Made by a program: the position numbers and the translations under genes. 64,000 nucleotides of DNA, from assembly GCF_006345805.1 (NCBI RefSeq), contig NC_043014.1, positions 496,001 through 560,000 on the forward strand, written 5' to 3'. Source of the DNA: Octopus sinensis. Taxonomy: Eukaryota. Shown piece by piece: positions 1-13,945 of the stretch (positions are counted from its first letter, which is position 1; each line of letters begins with the position of its first letter). The notes beneath the pieces were generated by a model. It saw only the letters and a list, made by a program, of their open reading frames with translations. It was not told the origin of the DNA and did no database searches.

Positions 1-779
1 ATGCACACCCACACAGGCACAGTTGCACCCATATGTCACATCCACAACAAGCATTCGTGGATGTATTTGTTTGAAAGTTTGCTTTCCAACCTCATAATTT
101 CAGGTTCAGTTCCACTGCATGCTACCTTGGGCTGGCGTATTCTGCTGTCAACTTGAGGCTGACCTACGCTTTGCAATGAATTTGGTTGATAGAAACTGTA
201 TTAAGCATGATTTGTGTGTGTTATCATCCTTTGCTGTCCTCCTGTCCTGTGTCAGGCAGTTTGACAGAAGAAGACTCTGCTAAGACCTGCTCACTGTTTT
301 GGCTTGGTTTCTATGGCTGGATGCTTTCCCTAATGCCAACCACTTGACTGTGTTTTATGTGGTACCAGCAGCTGTGGGATCACTAATAATGCACAAGACA
401 AGGACCCTTCCACGAAAGTGATGGGGTCATATTGAAGGACCAAAATAGATGTCTTGCATGAAACATGGCTGCCTCAGATGAAGAGAGAAATAAGAGGAAG
501 ATGGAAAGGACATCCACCCGAGTTACAGGGAAGTTTAATATAGTTGGATAGGGTGAATGGGTGGGTAACTTCACTAGATTGCAAAAGGAGAGGAGGAGGA
601 GGAGGATGTAGTGAATGAGCAGAGAGAGGGAGGGGGTGTTGTGGGGAAGAGATCCAACTGGAATATATTGTGTGCAGATAGGTTTGTGAAGGAAAGTGCT
701 GGTCCACATCTTACCGAGTATCCCTCTTCCACAGGTTCCCTCCATATTGGCCCTTTAAGCAGTTGTCTTCATCCAGATG

Positions 780-1015
780 CATCACAACTGATGCCCCTTG
801 TACCCAGTTTCTAACTCAGAACATTTACACTTTGTTGCACCTGCACACTGACATTGCACATCCTGCGAGGCATGCTGGCCTTCACATGTCCTCTACATTC
901 ACAGCCCATGTTTTTACTACCATGTAGCATAGCTGTTTGTACATAGTTATTATACTGTCTGCTTTTCACTCTGAAGGAGAGAGGCCCTTTGTTACCAACA
1001 AAACTTTCCCTAGCT
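780..1015 (-). mobile_element. RTE-clade LINE fragment (post-RT region), degenerate
   Basis: Minus strand resembles, across frameshifts and stops, LLVTKGLS...TAMLHGSKTWAV...ASM..MCNVS, a typical RTE ORF C-terminal region. Confidence 0.55.
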
Positions 1016-2267
1016 AGTTCTTTTAAATGTGTGTGTGTGTATTTCTTGTTCCTTAAGGTTGTTTTTACACCTGTTTTCCCATGCTTTCAGTAATTAGACA
1101 AGTCTATTCCTGCAGAGTATCTCACGACTTGCCAGGGATTTTTTTTATCAAATGATACAACAAAACAGGAAGCTATTTATCTTTGTGGTGTGTGTCTTAC
1201 CATTATTGTTGCCAATCATTTAACCCCTTGGGTAGGATGTATTCAATTGTGTCCCCAATATAGTCCTGCCCCTGTCTCACATAGAACCAATAAAGAAATC
1301 CACCAGTTTCTGTTGTTTAATGCTTTTTGGAATGGTTTCTAAAGCTGGCCACTCTTCCCAACTACTCTACAACTGGTACTGGAGAAGGTATTAGCCAGGA
1401 TTAAAGCCTTCTGTTTGCACTGGATCAGTCTTTATTCAGAGTTACTGTTGTCATTCATGAATTATCTTTGCTGCAAAGTCAGTGATCAACTTCTCTGTTC
1501 TGGTTGTGGGGCACCTTTGGTAGGTGTCTTTTACTATAACCCCAGGCTGACCAAGGCCTTATGAGTCAAGCTGGTTGATGGAAATCAAAAGAAGCCTATT
1601 GTATGTGTGTGTATTCTTTTATTTGTTTCAGTCATTTGACTGCAGCCATGCTGGAGCACCACCTTTAGTCAAATAAATCAATCCCAGGACTTATTCTTTG
1701 TAAGCCTAGTGCTTACTCTATCGATCTCTGTTACCGAACTGCTAAGTTATGGGAGCATAAACACACACTTGACCACTTTTACTATCGTGGAAATATTCTT
1801 CCTAATAAATTAATTTGGAACAGAGAACCGGCTCTGCCAGTTCAGCCTTTGAAAAACTGGCAAAATAAGTCTTTAAAAATAAAGAACCAACAAAACCCTG
1901 GAGCTACCAAGCTCTGTCATCTTAACATTATATTTATGATTGTGAAACCTGGACACCTCATCCTTGGTACATCAGTGGCTTAGAGCAGTTCTGTCAACAA
2001 AAGCTCTGTACCATCTTAACCCTTTTGATTCCAACATGCCTGGGACCACCTCTGGCTCTGATACAAACTTCCACTTTTAAAGGGATCTAAATGAAAACCT
2101 TCCTTCGATTCAAAAATCTTTAATTTCAGGATTTCGAAATAGTTTTGCCATTGTTGCTACTCATTCTGTAATTGTTTTTCCACTCTCAGAATTCCTCTTT
2201 TCATATTAATAAATTGTTGTTCAGATTTTGGTGACTGGAATTTAAAAAAAAAAAATTGTTTTTCTAG

Positions 2268-2420
2268 CTGACACCCCTCCTCCTGCCTACCAACAACATG
2301 ATGACACTTCCCAGAACAACATGGCCAATAATATGAGTATGCACCAAGGCAATACAGGTATGCAGCAAGGAGGGCAAAGCTCACCACAAGCAATGGATAC
2401 TACAATAGCTACACCTCAAG
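2268..2420 (+). CDS. SMAD1/5: SMAD1/5/8 (Mad) linker exon with PPAY motif
   Basis: ttctag| acceptor at 2267 and |gtaagt donor at 2421; 153 nt, phase 1-1. Reads (A)DTPPPAYQQHDDTSQNNMANNMSMHQGNTGMQQGGQSSPQAMDTTIATPQ. ADTPPPAY is the Smurf-binding PY motif of BMP R-SMADs. Upstream MH1 exons were not found in the window. Confidence 0.9.
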
Positions 2421-2534
2421 GTAAGTCATTAATGTTAATTTCTTAGCTGTAATAATGGACACCAAGCTAGACATAGCCACCAATAATTCCTCAACTCCAT
2501 TCTTAACATGAAATAATGTTTATCGGGTGCTCTT

Positions 2535-3798
2535 CAGGGTGACCCAAAAGTTTTAAATAATTTCAGCCAACTCTAAACCAGTTTGCTTGAAAACTTGCAT
2601 TTTAACATTTTCTGCAATGTTACAGTAAAATATTATTCACTAAATCCACCTAGTTTCTTCATTCCAGCCTTAAGCTGACCGGGCACTGCTTCAACAGTGG
2701 CTCACAAGACTTGTAGTGATATTTTATCCCATTCACGCCTCAGAGACCTCTTCAAAACCACTTCTGACTGATTTAGCACAAGCATTGGTCTCCAAGATGG
2801 ACCAAATGCTAGAGTCCATTGGGTTGAGGCCTGGGCTTCAAAGAGGTCATTCTTCTTTGGACAAGAAATCTGGGACATTGTCTCTAAGCCACCTCTGAGC
2901 CCTGTTGACAGTGTGGGTAGGTGTTCTATCCTGGAAGAGAAAAGGGCCACTGTTGAACAAGTCTTGGCTCAAATGTTTCACCTTAGGCTCAAGAATGTGT
3001 TCCTCATTGCTTGCAGCCTTGTTCTTGACTTCAGGAACAAAAACATGAGTTTTCCCCCATTGAAGACACTCCAGCCCAGACCATCACAGATAAGAGTTGT
3101 TGAGTGCAGTGGATATTTCTGGCATTCTCTTGACAGGACTGAGCAAATTCTGCAAGGACCCTCTCATTTTGGCTGTTAGCTTCTTCAACAGTTAACATCT
3201 TCTCATCTGTGAAGAGCTCATTGTCCAAGCTGTGAGTATTGAGCCACTCAAGCACTACACAAATACTTGCGAGTCCCTTTCTCTTTGAAGAAGTTGATCA
3301 GCTGTGAGCCTTTTTGCGTTTCAACAAAGCAAGTCCCAAATCGCTTTTGACAACTCAAAGATTCTCCTGAAACTTCCAGCTCAGCAGCCATCTTGGAGCA
3401 CTTTGGATTTCTGTGAACTTTGGAACTGATGATGTTCTGGAGCCTGGAAATTCTGACTGACCTGGGACGTCCTGTTCTTGTTTGGTCTGGAACTCCTCCA
3501 GTGTCCCTGAATCAATTGATGGGTCAATAGATGAACATTTGCTTCATCTTTGGCCAAGATTCAAAATTTCTGATGGTAACTTGCCAGCTTGATGGCGCTC
3601 AACTACAGAAGATTGTTCATGTTCCATTCTAATTTTGGACAAAACTCTCTCTCTTAGCTTAAAGATGAGTTCAAAACCTGAAATAAAACAAAAATAAAAA
3701 AATCTTTAAAATGATATAAAATAATGATAAAGTTTCCACTTTTTTATTTTAAACTAAGAACTCCAAAAATGTAACAGAACGTTTTTTCGGTCCCCCTG
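2535..3798 (-). mobile_element. Tc1/mariner DD37D (maT) transposon fossil in SMAD intron
   Basis: Imperfect TIRs: cagggtgacccaaaag at 2535 versus reverse complement cagggggaccgaaaaa at 3798. Broken transposase has LFTDEK...SVMVWAGVS and FLFQD-(37 aa)-D in ...WLRDNVPDFLSKEE*PL*SPGLNPMD. Confidence 0.85.
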
Positions 3799-4431
3799 CA
3801 CATAAAACCCAGTTGAATTTGAAGCCAGTTTTTGGTTGAGTAGATTCTTCTTTCTTTGCTTTTTCAAGATGTTTTATATTTTAACATTTTCTCAATCATA
3901 AAATTATCAGTTTCTGTTATTTGCAGTTGTGTTTGAGTAACTGGGGGAGTTTCTAACATTGAAGTCTGTGATTTAGTTGCCTATCCCCAAAATGTCAGTA
4001 AAGGGTTAACTGGTCAGAATTTTGTTTAAATAGGTTCACTTCACAGCCACAGGGTTCTGTGTTTGGTCCTGTTGGGTCGCACCTTTGGCCTTTCACTAGA
4101 TCTTCAAATGGACTGATTCATTGTCATTAATTAGAATTTAGTAGACAAGAACTGCAAAAGGTCCCTTGCATGCAGGCACTCATACGTTTTTCAGTCCCTT
4201 TAGGTCTCATAACTTAGTAGTTCAGCAAATGAGAATCAATAAAATATCTGAAATAAGTTCTTGGTGTTATGTTTAAAATTTCTGAAACTAATGCCCCAGC
4301 ATGGCCATGGTCCAATGACTAGGTAATGTGTAGTGGGTGAGTGGGGGGACACTAGTGGGAAGGGAATAATTGAGATGATGATGAAGTGTGTATGTATGTG
4401 TGTGTATATATACACACACACACAAAATGCA

Positions 4432-4580
4432 AGCATGGCTATATGGTTGGGAAGTTTGTTTCCCAAATCAATGCCACAGGGTTCAAGTCCACTGCACACC
4501 ATTTAAGGAAATGTCTTGGATTCTAACCTCAGCCCAGCCAAGGTTTGGTTGATGGAAACTGAAAGAAGCCTGCTTGTGCC
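4432..4580 (+). mobile_element. tRNA-head SINE, degenerate copy
   Basis: Box A/B-like (tatggttgggaag...gggttcaagtccactg), then tttggttgatggaaactgaaagaagcc. Same family as 18350-18695, about 70-200, about 14030-14130 and 29893-30050 (-). Confidence 0.65.
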
Positions 4581-5367
4581 TGTCTCCTTGTCTTGATTCC
4601 GCACAGTATTTGTAAATACTGTCCAGTCCTAATCTTCTGTTGCTTGGCAACAGGAAGGGGATCCATCTGCAGGAAATCTGAAACCTTACATCTGACCCAA
4701 ACACAGGAAAGTGGTTTTGAAAATAACGATGTCATCTGAAATGTTGATAGAATAGAATAGGGAGAGAAAGAAACAGTGGGAAACCTAGCCTAAACCTAAT
4801 AGCAGTTAAATCTCCCTCAAATCACATCCTGGACACATTGGAGACTAATTGCCAAATGGATTGTCTGAGGCTGGACTGTGTTTTGATGATGGGTTTATTT
4901 GATCTGTGCTGTCCTGGGGCTAAACAGTATCTTAACCAGAATCTGTATCTGATCCTGCTTAAATAAATGATGGGTTCTTAACGTTTTCTGCTATCTTCCA
5001 TCTTAAAATGATTGAATTTGGTTTTGAGAAAATTGACATTGGGTCAGATGCTTACAGTAACTAATAATTTCTTTTTAATTGTAATGAAAAGTAGATTTCT
5101 CTTGGCCCTCAAATTAGGAGAATGTGTGTTAAGATAGGTTTGAAAATGTATTTTGGGTTTTCTGTTATTCGGAGATGAAGTTTTACTGAACTACCTTGGA
5201 ATAGATTATTCTCATACTTGTTTAATTGCATTAAACTTAGTCCATAATTAATGATACAAGTCTCCTCCTGTCACCTAATTTTTAATTGCACTTAGAATGT
5301 AAAGTCTTTTAGTAAAGAAAGGCAAAACAAACAACTCCATAGTGAAAGGTGATGTTATAATTAATTC

Positions 5368-5466
5368 CTGACTGGCCTGGTGCAGCCTTCGAGCTTGCCA
5401 GACCCCAGTTGAATCGTCCAACCCATGCTAGCATGGAAAGCGGACGTTAAACGATGATGATGATGA
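5368..5466 (+). mobile_element. (GAT)n-tailed SINE/RTE-like 3' end
   Basis: ctgactggcctggtgcagcc...cccatgctagcatggaaagcggacgttaaacgatgatgatg. The family recurs at about 14245-14395, 21748, 22140, 31130, 34810, 37871 and 41120. Confidence 0.75.
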
Positions 5467-5951
5467 TTCTCTAAACCTTTTCCCTCTATCAATAAATCCC
5501 TGTTGGCTTCAGTGATTCTTCCTCTCACTACTTGCGCGTGTAGAGTGGAATCTGTTTCATTGATGAGGGCAGAAATATGAAGAACATATGTCAGAAGTTT
5601 GTCTCCCTTCTTTAGGAACTGCATTCATTTTTAACAGTACTTTTCTCACAGCATTGTTCTAATTAACCTATTTCATACTCCCCCCCCCCGCTCCCAACGC
5701 TTTTCTTGCCGATGACATGTAATTTAGATTTCTTTCTTCACTCAAAGTTGGTCATCAAGAGAAAACACCAGCACAAATTCGATTCTGTATTGTCTGTCTT
5801 AATCTAAAACCTAGACATTTTAACTTCTAATAGAAGCTGGGACTTCAGGCTTCAGAGTTGAGGAACTGAGGCAAATGTCTCCCTGGACCCGTGTTGCTAG
5901 TTTAATGGAGGGGACTTTTCCAGTAACAGCTAAGACCAAGGTTCTGTGTAA

Positions 5952-6314
<363 letters not shown>

Positions 6315-7379
6315 TGACGGGTGGGTGGGGCGTGTGTGGGGTGATGGTGAGGTCCTAGTAATCCTTTGTATGGAGGTGGGGGGGGGCGAAGGTTTGATTC
6401 ATCATTTTCCTCTATTAACCATTTCTCCAGTCATTCGTGACTGACTCCTGCTTGGTTGTTTTTTTTTAGTATTCCCCCACCCCCCCAGTTGTTTGGTTCA
6501 CAACTAAATTGTAGAAAGAATGGTGATTTAGGCTGGCGAAATCATTTCACTAACTTCCACCCCTGAATATCTGTGCTATGCCACCCACACCATAAGACAT
6601 TGCTACACCACCACCTTTCTCCCATCCTAATTAGCAGCAGTAATTAATTGCGATGTCAAGGACTCAATGATAAAGCAAGTCGTTTGGTGTCAGAATATCC
6701 AGGACCAGAAAGAGCCCTTTATGGTTAGGAGGTGGTAGCGTGCTTGGGGGTAATGGTGGGAGGAGGGGGAGGAGATGTAACTGGATCTGTCAATCGGTTT
6801 GGTTTGACTACTTCCTGACTCCCCCCCAACTCCTCTATTGTTTCTCTCCATTGAAAAACATTTAAAAAAAGCTGAATATCAATTCCATTCCTGCTTCTTG
6901 GCGGCATTATGTCGTTCTGAAGGGGCCAGTTTATACCAGTCGTTAATCGTCTTCGTTTCTAGCATTAAAACCTCTGCCGGAAGGGACTCTTTCGCCCCCT
7001 CCCCCTCCTTTCTATCAAGGACGGATTTTGACTTCAGGCGGTTCAAGGGAGATAACTAAAAACTGCCAACTGTTTTGCCTGATTCCATTTCACTGACTCT
7101 TCATCCACTACCGTAATGAGGAGGATGATGATGATGATGATCATGTGTAATACAGGCTCAAGGCATGACACCTTTTTTTATTGGGGAGGGGACAGTCTAT
7201 TAAATTGACCCCTGTACTTGAATGGTGCTCTACACTGGAAGGGTGAAGAGCAAAGTTGGCGTCGGGGAATTGATAAAACAGCACAAAGCCTTCTATTCAG
7301 TGCTCTACCGAGTCTTGCAGTCTGCTGCCTTATTAATGCTATTCTCTGATAACATTAATGGAAAACTGTTATTAATTAA

Positions 7380-7799
<420 letters not shown>

Positions 7800-10700
7800 T
7801 CTGTTGTTGTATGTGTTGTCTTGTTGATGTTGTCTGGAGACAAAGGGTGGGTGGGGGTACAGGGGACATTAGTGCTGCAGCGGTTCTACCACCATCTCCT
7901 CCTCCTCCACTTCCTCTTCTGCCTCACTTGTCTTCATCATAGTCACCATTCAAAACACTTTACATGCAAGCCTAAATATTTCAAACTCTTTATAAATAGC
8001 ATCATCTCTCTCTCTCTCTCTCTCTCTCATACACACATCCCAGTCTTTATACTCTTTTACTCTCTCTCTCTCTCCCCTTCACTCAACATATATTTATGCT
8101 GTGTTGGTGGGGGCAGACGACTAAAAAAGAAAAGGAAAAACTAGAGAGAGCAGAGAGGTGGTGGGGGAGGAGAGTCCTGCTTTTTACCAAAGTTATCAAG
8201 ACAACTGTTAAAATGGTTCTTGGAATCAAAATATTGCAAAGAAAGGAAAACTTCACCAAACTTAATGTCACTGCCGCCTCCTCTCGTCTGCTTTCTGTGG
8301 TTTTTGTGTTTTTGACATGAATATATCGACACTGGACAGCGTGTGTGTGGTGTTCGAATGTTAAGCAGTGGAAAAGATGTTTTCTTGCAGGGAGGGGGGG
8401 TCAGTAAATTTTCTCTCATTTAACTGCCTTCCCCTCACACACACACACAAACTAATTAGGAAAATCTCCCTCTTTATTGGAACAGTTTTTTGTTGTCTTT
8501 TTGTTCCGTATAAAAAAGAATTATTTTAGGTTTCCAGATGAAAATCTAAAGCGAATCTCTCCACTGCCTCCCCCCCATCCCTTTTCTTAAAATTACTCAT
8601 TTGACTCTTGAGATTTTGAGCTAATTTTTCTCTTGTAAGTTTAAGAGTCAACATGTCTTCATAAGCAAATTTCTGAATGTTATTATGCAGGCAAAAAATT
8701 GCATCATTGCAGACATATGCACACTGCCGTGCAGTTGATGCAATGTGCAAGTATATTTCTGGATGTTGCATCAGTTTTCACAGGGAATATTGCAGTTGTT
8801 CAGCTGTGAGCGGTTGAATATTCCACAGTCACTTAATGTACTTTTTCGGTCCAATCAGTGCAACAAATCTGGTTCCTTTTGAATTACACAAGCATCCCTT
8901 TCGCTCCCACGGGTTGCTGTCCACCCCCACCCCATGAGGGAGTGGCACCAGACCTTGCCCAGCATGAGCATTCACTCTCTCATCAATGGAGGGGTTCTGT
9001 TAGAATCTGGTGCAGAGTTCAGTGCTTTAATGACTCTAGCTAAAGTTTAACAAGAAATATTGCTTCCACTGTAGATGAAACCTTCATGCAAGAAGCATTG
9101 TGTGTATGTTGGCTGGTGATGCAAATTTCAGAACTTTTATTTTTGTCTGTCATTGTGAATTCTTTGCCATTTTTAACTGCCACTTGTGTTCCTGCTGTTC
9201 AATAAATGTCACTAGGAAATCTTCAGATTAGAGGAAATGGCAGCAGACCAAAACACTTCACAACCCAAAATGCTCTTTAAACTGTTCTCTTAACCAGATT
9301 CTTCCAAGTTTGGTCAACATTTCTTTCATGCTACATTTTCTTTCCTTTTCTATATTTTCACAGTTCTTTGGGCGAGTTTTTTTTTTTTTCCATCATTTGA
9401 AACAAATTCTGTTTTTTTTTTTTTAAACTTTTTATTTTAAATTTTGTTTACTTTCAACAATAAAAAAGATATAAAAAATTTAAATTCTTCAAATTCACCA
9501 ATTCTAGAATGTTCATTCTCGCAAGTCGACCAGTGTTGAGAATCAGCAAGTTACACACACACAGTTGCACTTTAGCATTGTCGGGGGTCTGGTACCCACC
9601 TTAGGTTTTCTTTTTTTTGTTTTTTTTTGTGGTAACGATGTTGGGGTGTTTTTGTTTCCAGTGCAACTGTTTTTTCTCTCTTCTTAAAAGCCTATCATTT
9701 GCTCTGCCATCCAATGTTGTATCATTACAGTTGCTGAATGCTACAGACTCTTCCTCTCTACATCTTCTGCTAATTGTTGCTTTTTTTGTCGTTCCTATTT
9801 GCTGGCTGCTTTTCATCCCAATGTATGTTTTGACACAAGTGCAAACCTGACTTCGACCCCCAATCACTGGGACATTGAGAATAAATTACAAAATATTCAA
9901 AAGGAAATATTTGGTTGCTCTCTTGCTAACTTTCAACGAAAATGTCATTATTTCCTCCTCTTCTTTCTCTCTTCCTCATAGCATTATAATTGTTAGGTCT
10001 TTTTTTTTTAACCTTTCCCTTTTTTTCAATAACATGACCCCCACCCATCAAATGCTTTCAACAAAACAACAAACATCTCAATGTTCTACTTTTGTGTCAT
10101 CTCTCTCTCTCTCTCTCCCTCTCTCAATCAATCCCTGTCTTCACTAAATCAACATTTCAAGGTGTTTTATTTCAGTCTCATCTTCCAAATTTGTTTCAGC
10201 CAGCCATGACTACCACTGGTAAATGCAACAAACTTAAGCTCTCTTCCTTTTAATTGGCCATGTTTTAATTAATTAACTGACCATGTTTTTCCATTTGAGA
10301 CTTCAACTTTGCAAATAATTTCACCAAAGTTTTTCAAAATCAGAAAATGTATTTTAGATAAATTTAATTGTAGAGACTTTAATGTTTGACAATTGGTCAG
10401 TTTCTAAGTTTAGGTGGGGGTGGCCATATCACAGTTATTTAGAGATAGTCAACAGACATTGAAATTTTGATATTTTTCTTTGTTTTATCTCCTGCCAAAT
10501 CATTCTGTGCCCCTAAATCTGTTTGGCTCCCATTTTACATTAAAGGTTAGCATTAAGGCAGCAGCCCTTTATTTGAAAAACACCCCATATTTGTAGAATG
10601 GTCAGTTTTGCATTGAGGTATCTTATTGAAGACCCCCCCCCCCCTCTCTAAAGCTCTATGCATCTGGGACCCATTTCTGGGATCCAGATTTTAGAAAGTC

Positions 10701-12090
10701 TTATTGTACAAGTGCCACAACAGTGTTTCGAGTGGGTCTTGCTAATTGTTAATTAACTAATTAGATGAAGCATCATTATTGTTTAATATTCATCTTCTGT
10801 CTAGTAATTAAATAATCCTTTCTACTATAGGCTCAAGTCCTGAAATTTTAGGGGGAAGGGACAACCGATTGCACCAACCCCAGTGTGTGACTGGTACTTA
10901 TTTTGTTGACCCTGAAAGATGAAAGGCAAAGTTGGAATCAGAACAGAAAAAGCCAGAAGCAATGCTGCTGATGTTTCTAAGAGCTTGCTGCCCTTTTACA
11001 AAGCAATTAATTAATGTCGAAATCTCCCATTTATTGTAGAACATCTAATTGCATCAATTTCCTGATTTCGAGTCACAAACACAGACTGGCTGTCCTTTGG
11101 CTCAGTGTGTATTTGGGTCTTTTTTTTTTTAACCCCTACTACAGTGTCCTTTGCTCTTCAGAACTGGTTTCCCATCTTACGTGTCCACCCTCCACTATAC
11201 CCAGCCCCTGCTAAGTTTAAACAGAACAGTATTGGACAACCTGAAATGGTGAAGAGAACAACTTCTTCTTCCAAAGAAAATCAGTAAAAATAGTTGACCC
11301 TCATTAAAATCACTAGTCCTTGTTTGGGTATTTTAAACTATTAATTATATTGCTTGTTTACAATGAGAGCAACTGCTGTTGGCAGGGGCCAACCCCTCTT
11401 TTTCTGGTAACTCCATATTATGTGGAATTGTTTCTTTCAGGTTTTAAAACTCAACTTTAAAACAATGTCTCTTTTGCAATTTGAAATAAGAACAGAAATT
11501 CAGATTTTAATGGTTAACAAAAAACAAGTTTATTTTGGTGGCAGAGAATTTTAGTCCTGGAATCAACAAATTCTTCAAATATGTTTTTGAGCTGCAGTTT
11601 TGTTGTGTTTTGCATTGCAGGAAATTCTTACAATAATTGCTGGTCCGTGAGAGAGAGGTGTTTGGGTGTAAGCTGGGTGAGATGCAGTTTTTGTGAGTCA
11701 GTTCTTTCAATGACTGCAGATTCCTTTACAACATATGGTCAGGCCTGGTGGACACTTGACTAATACTTGGCATTGCCGTTTTGGGTGGTTTTTATTGATT
11801 TCCTGAGAATTGTAAATTTGCTGTGATCGTTTTGCTAGGATTCACAAATCTGTTGTGGATGATTTCACTTGCTGATCACCGGATAAGGACTCTAAACTTT
11901 AAATTCAGCTTTCGTTTATAAAAGTGTTGGAAACTGTTGGTTGTTTTATAGAAACCATTTTATTAAGGAATTAAACAGTGGAAATGAAGCCATTAGCATA
12001 TCTCAATAGTGAAATTTGGGCTTTTAAACATGAAGGAATATAAAAGTGACATCACAAATCGTATTTATTCTCAAATAAAACACCAAAGTT
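7800..12090 (+). other. probable long SMAD 3' UTR with alternative polyA signals
   Basis: T-rich, mostly TE-poor stretch after the stop codon; AATAAA at about 9201, 9458 and 12074. The true end cannot be determined from sequence. Confidence 0.35.
10815..10990 (-). mobile_element. SINE fragment (ctttgcctttcatc...gggtc...aagtaccag family)
   Basis: Related segments at about 7140-7330 (-), 21395-21470 (+) and 38255-38360 (+). Confidence 0.55.
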
Positions 12091-13809
12091 TAAAAATGAA
12101 CTATTTTTGCACCAACCTAATAAGTTAAAGAATATTGGTAATATAGAACAGAGAAGGTGTGTGGTGGTGGTTAATGAGAAATAACATTCATAAAATTTAC
12201 CTGGGTTTATAGCAAGCTGAGGTTAGAAATGGAGGTCTGATTAGGCCAATGGTTATAAGATCAAAGCATCAGTTCCTGGGCTGGGGGGTGGGGGTGCGTT
12301 GTGTCCTTGAGCAAGGTCTATTTCATATTACTCCCCTCTATTTAGCCGTTAATGTGTCCCATTGTCACAACCCAAATACAGAAATTCACCAGACAAGTGA
12401 AGGGATAAAATGGATGTTACATAATCTCTACATCGTCCATCAGATATAATTGCACTATAATATAACAGACAACTCTTTGGAATAAGTTTCAAAAGCTATA
12501 AATAAATTTTGGATTGAATTTGTTCAGCTGTTTCAGTGGTTCCCAACCCCTTTTATTTAAATGGACCCCTTACAATATGCTCATCCTTATGTATGTATGT
12601 GTGGGAAATTTTGGATTTAGTTCACAGGCCTCCAGGTTGGGAACCCTTGAATGCAGTGCTACAGCATGGCCACAGTCTAGTGACTGAAAATACATATTAA
12701 CTGTATGTCTTCCAAGCAATCTCGTGTTCAGTTCCGTTCTCTGTATATCTCCTGTGCAACACTCAAAGCTGGAGACATGAACAGAAATACAAGAGTTCAA
12801 AATCCTGGTTGAATGTCTTCGTGCGGAAGAGCATGGCTGTGGATTGGTTGTTGCAAGGGAGAGAATCGTCTTTGGCACCAGTGAATTTATTTCCCGTCTT
12901 AGAAAGAAGCGCATGAAATAATCTTTTAAACATTTCTAAAATTTGCTTTTCTCATTAAACCTATAAAGTCCTTCATTTAATTGAATCTCATTGATAGGAA
13001 AGAATTTAGGTTCCATTAATGTCATTTTTTGTTTGGTAGAAAAAGAATTTCTATGAATTTTTGGGGAAAGACATTTGTTTCTTTTTACCAAAGAATTTAT
13101 TAAAATAAGGTTTTAGATCACTTTGACCCTTTAGCATTCAGATTAATTTACCAAATGTAATACTTTTTTATCCACATTATAAAAAAATTAATCATTATTT
13201 TGAAGGTGTGTTTTTGTTTTATTTTTATAATGATATTGTAGGGTAAGTGTGATGGGCTGGATCTGACCAGATTCAACATAGAATAGGTTGAATATCTAGG
13301 CTGGTTTAAATGCTAGAGGGTTAAAATCAAGGAAACAGGGATGGTGGTCTTGGATGGACTGGTGTGAAAAAGATTATGGTAAGTCATGAACAATATTGAA
13401 TTCTTGTCACAATATTTCTGTTGAATACACTGCCTTTGAATTAATTTGGAAATATAACAAAAAATTTAGTAAAATAACTCTGTTATCAAAAGTATTAAAA
13501 GATAAACTTGATGACAATTGCTGCAATCTGGCATTAATCAACTTTAGTTCCAAGATTCTTGTGAAGTTTTCAATGTTGGAAGTTGTTTCTGGCTTGTAAA
13601 TGAAGACTGCTGCATAATCTCCAGGTGTCAATTCTTGTAATTGGAATTCTGTGAGTTATGGGGGATGAATGTTGCAGTGGATCTGATCAGCAGAACAACC
13701 AGTTTGTGAGTTAACATGCAAATGGCTGAGTACTCCACAGACGTGCATTCTTTTAATGTAGTTCCCGAGGAGATTCAGTGTGACAAGTTTGGCTCCTTTT
13801 GAATTAGAG

Positions 13810-13945
13810 GTACAACTCATTTTTACCAGCTGAGTGGACTGGAGCAATGTGAAGTAAAGGGTCTTGCTCAAGGACACAACACACTGCCATAAAGTGAACC
13901 CGTGACCTTATGGTTGTGAGCCAAATCACCCAAACCACTGAACCT
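13810..13945 (-). mobile_element. SINE fragment with gtgtccttgagcaagac core
   Basis: Minus strand gtgttgtgtccttgagcaagaccctttacttcacattgctccagtccactcagctgg. Related copy at about 12295-12350 (+). Confidence 0.55.

Noticed and set aside
12780-12920. Protein-like frame EIQEFKILVECLRAEEHGCGLVVARERIVFGTSEFISRLRKKRMK
   Set aside because: No recognisable family, weak acceptor, no partner exons found.
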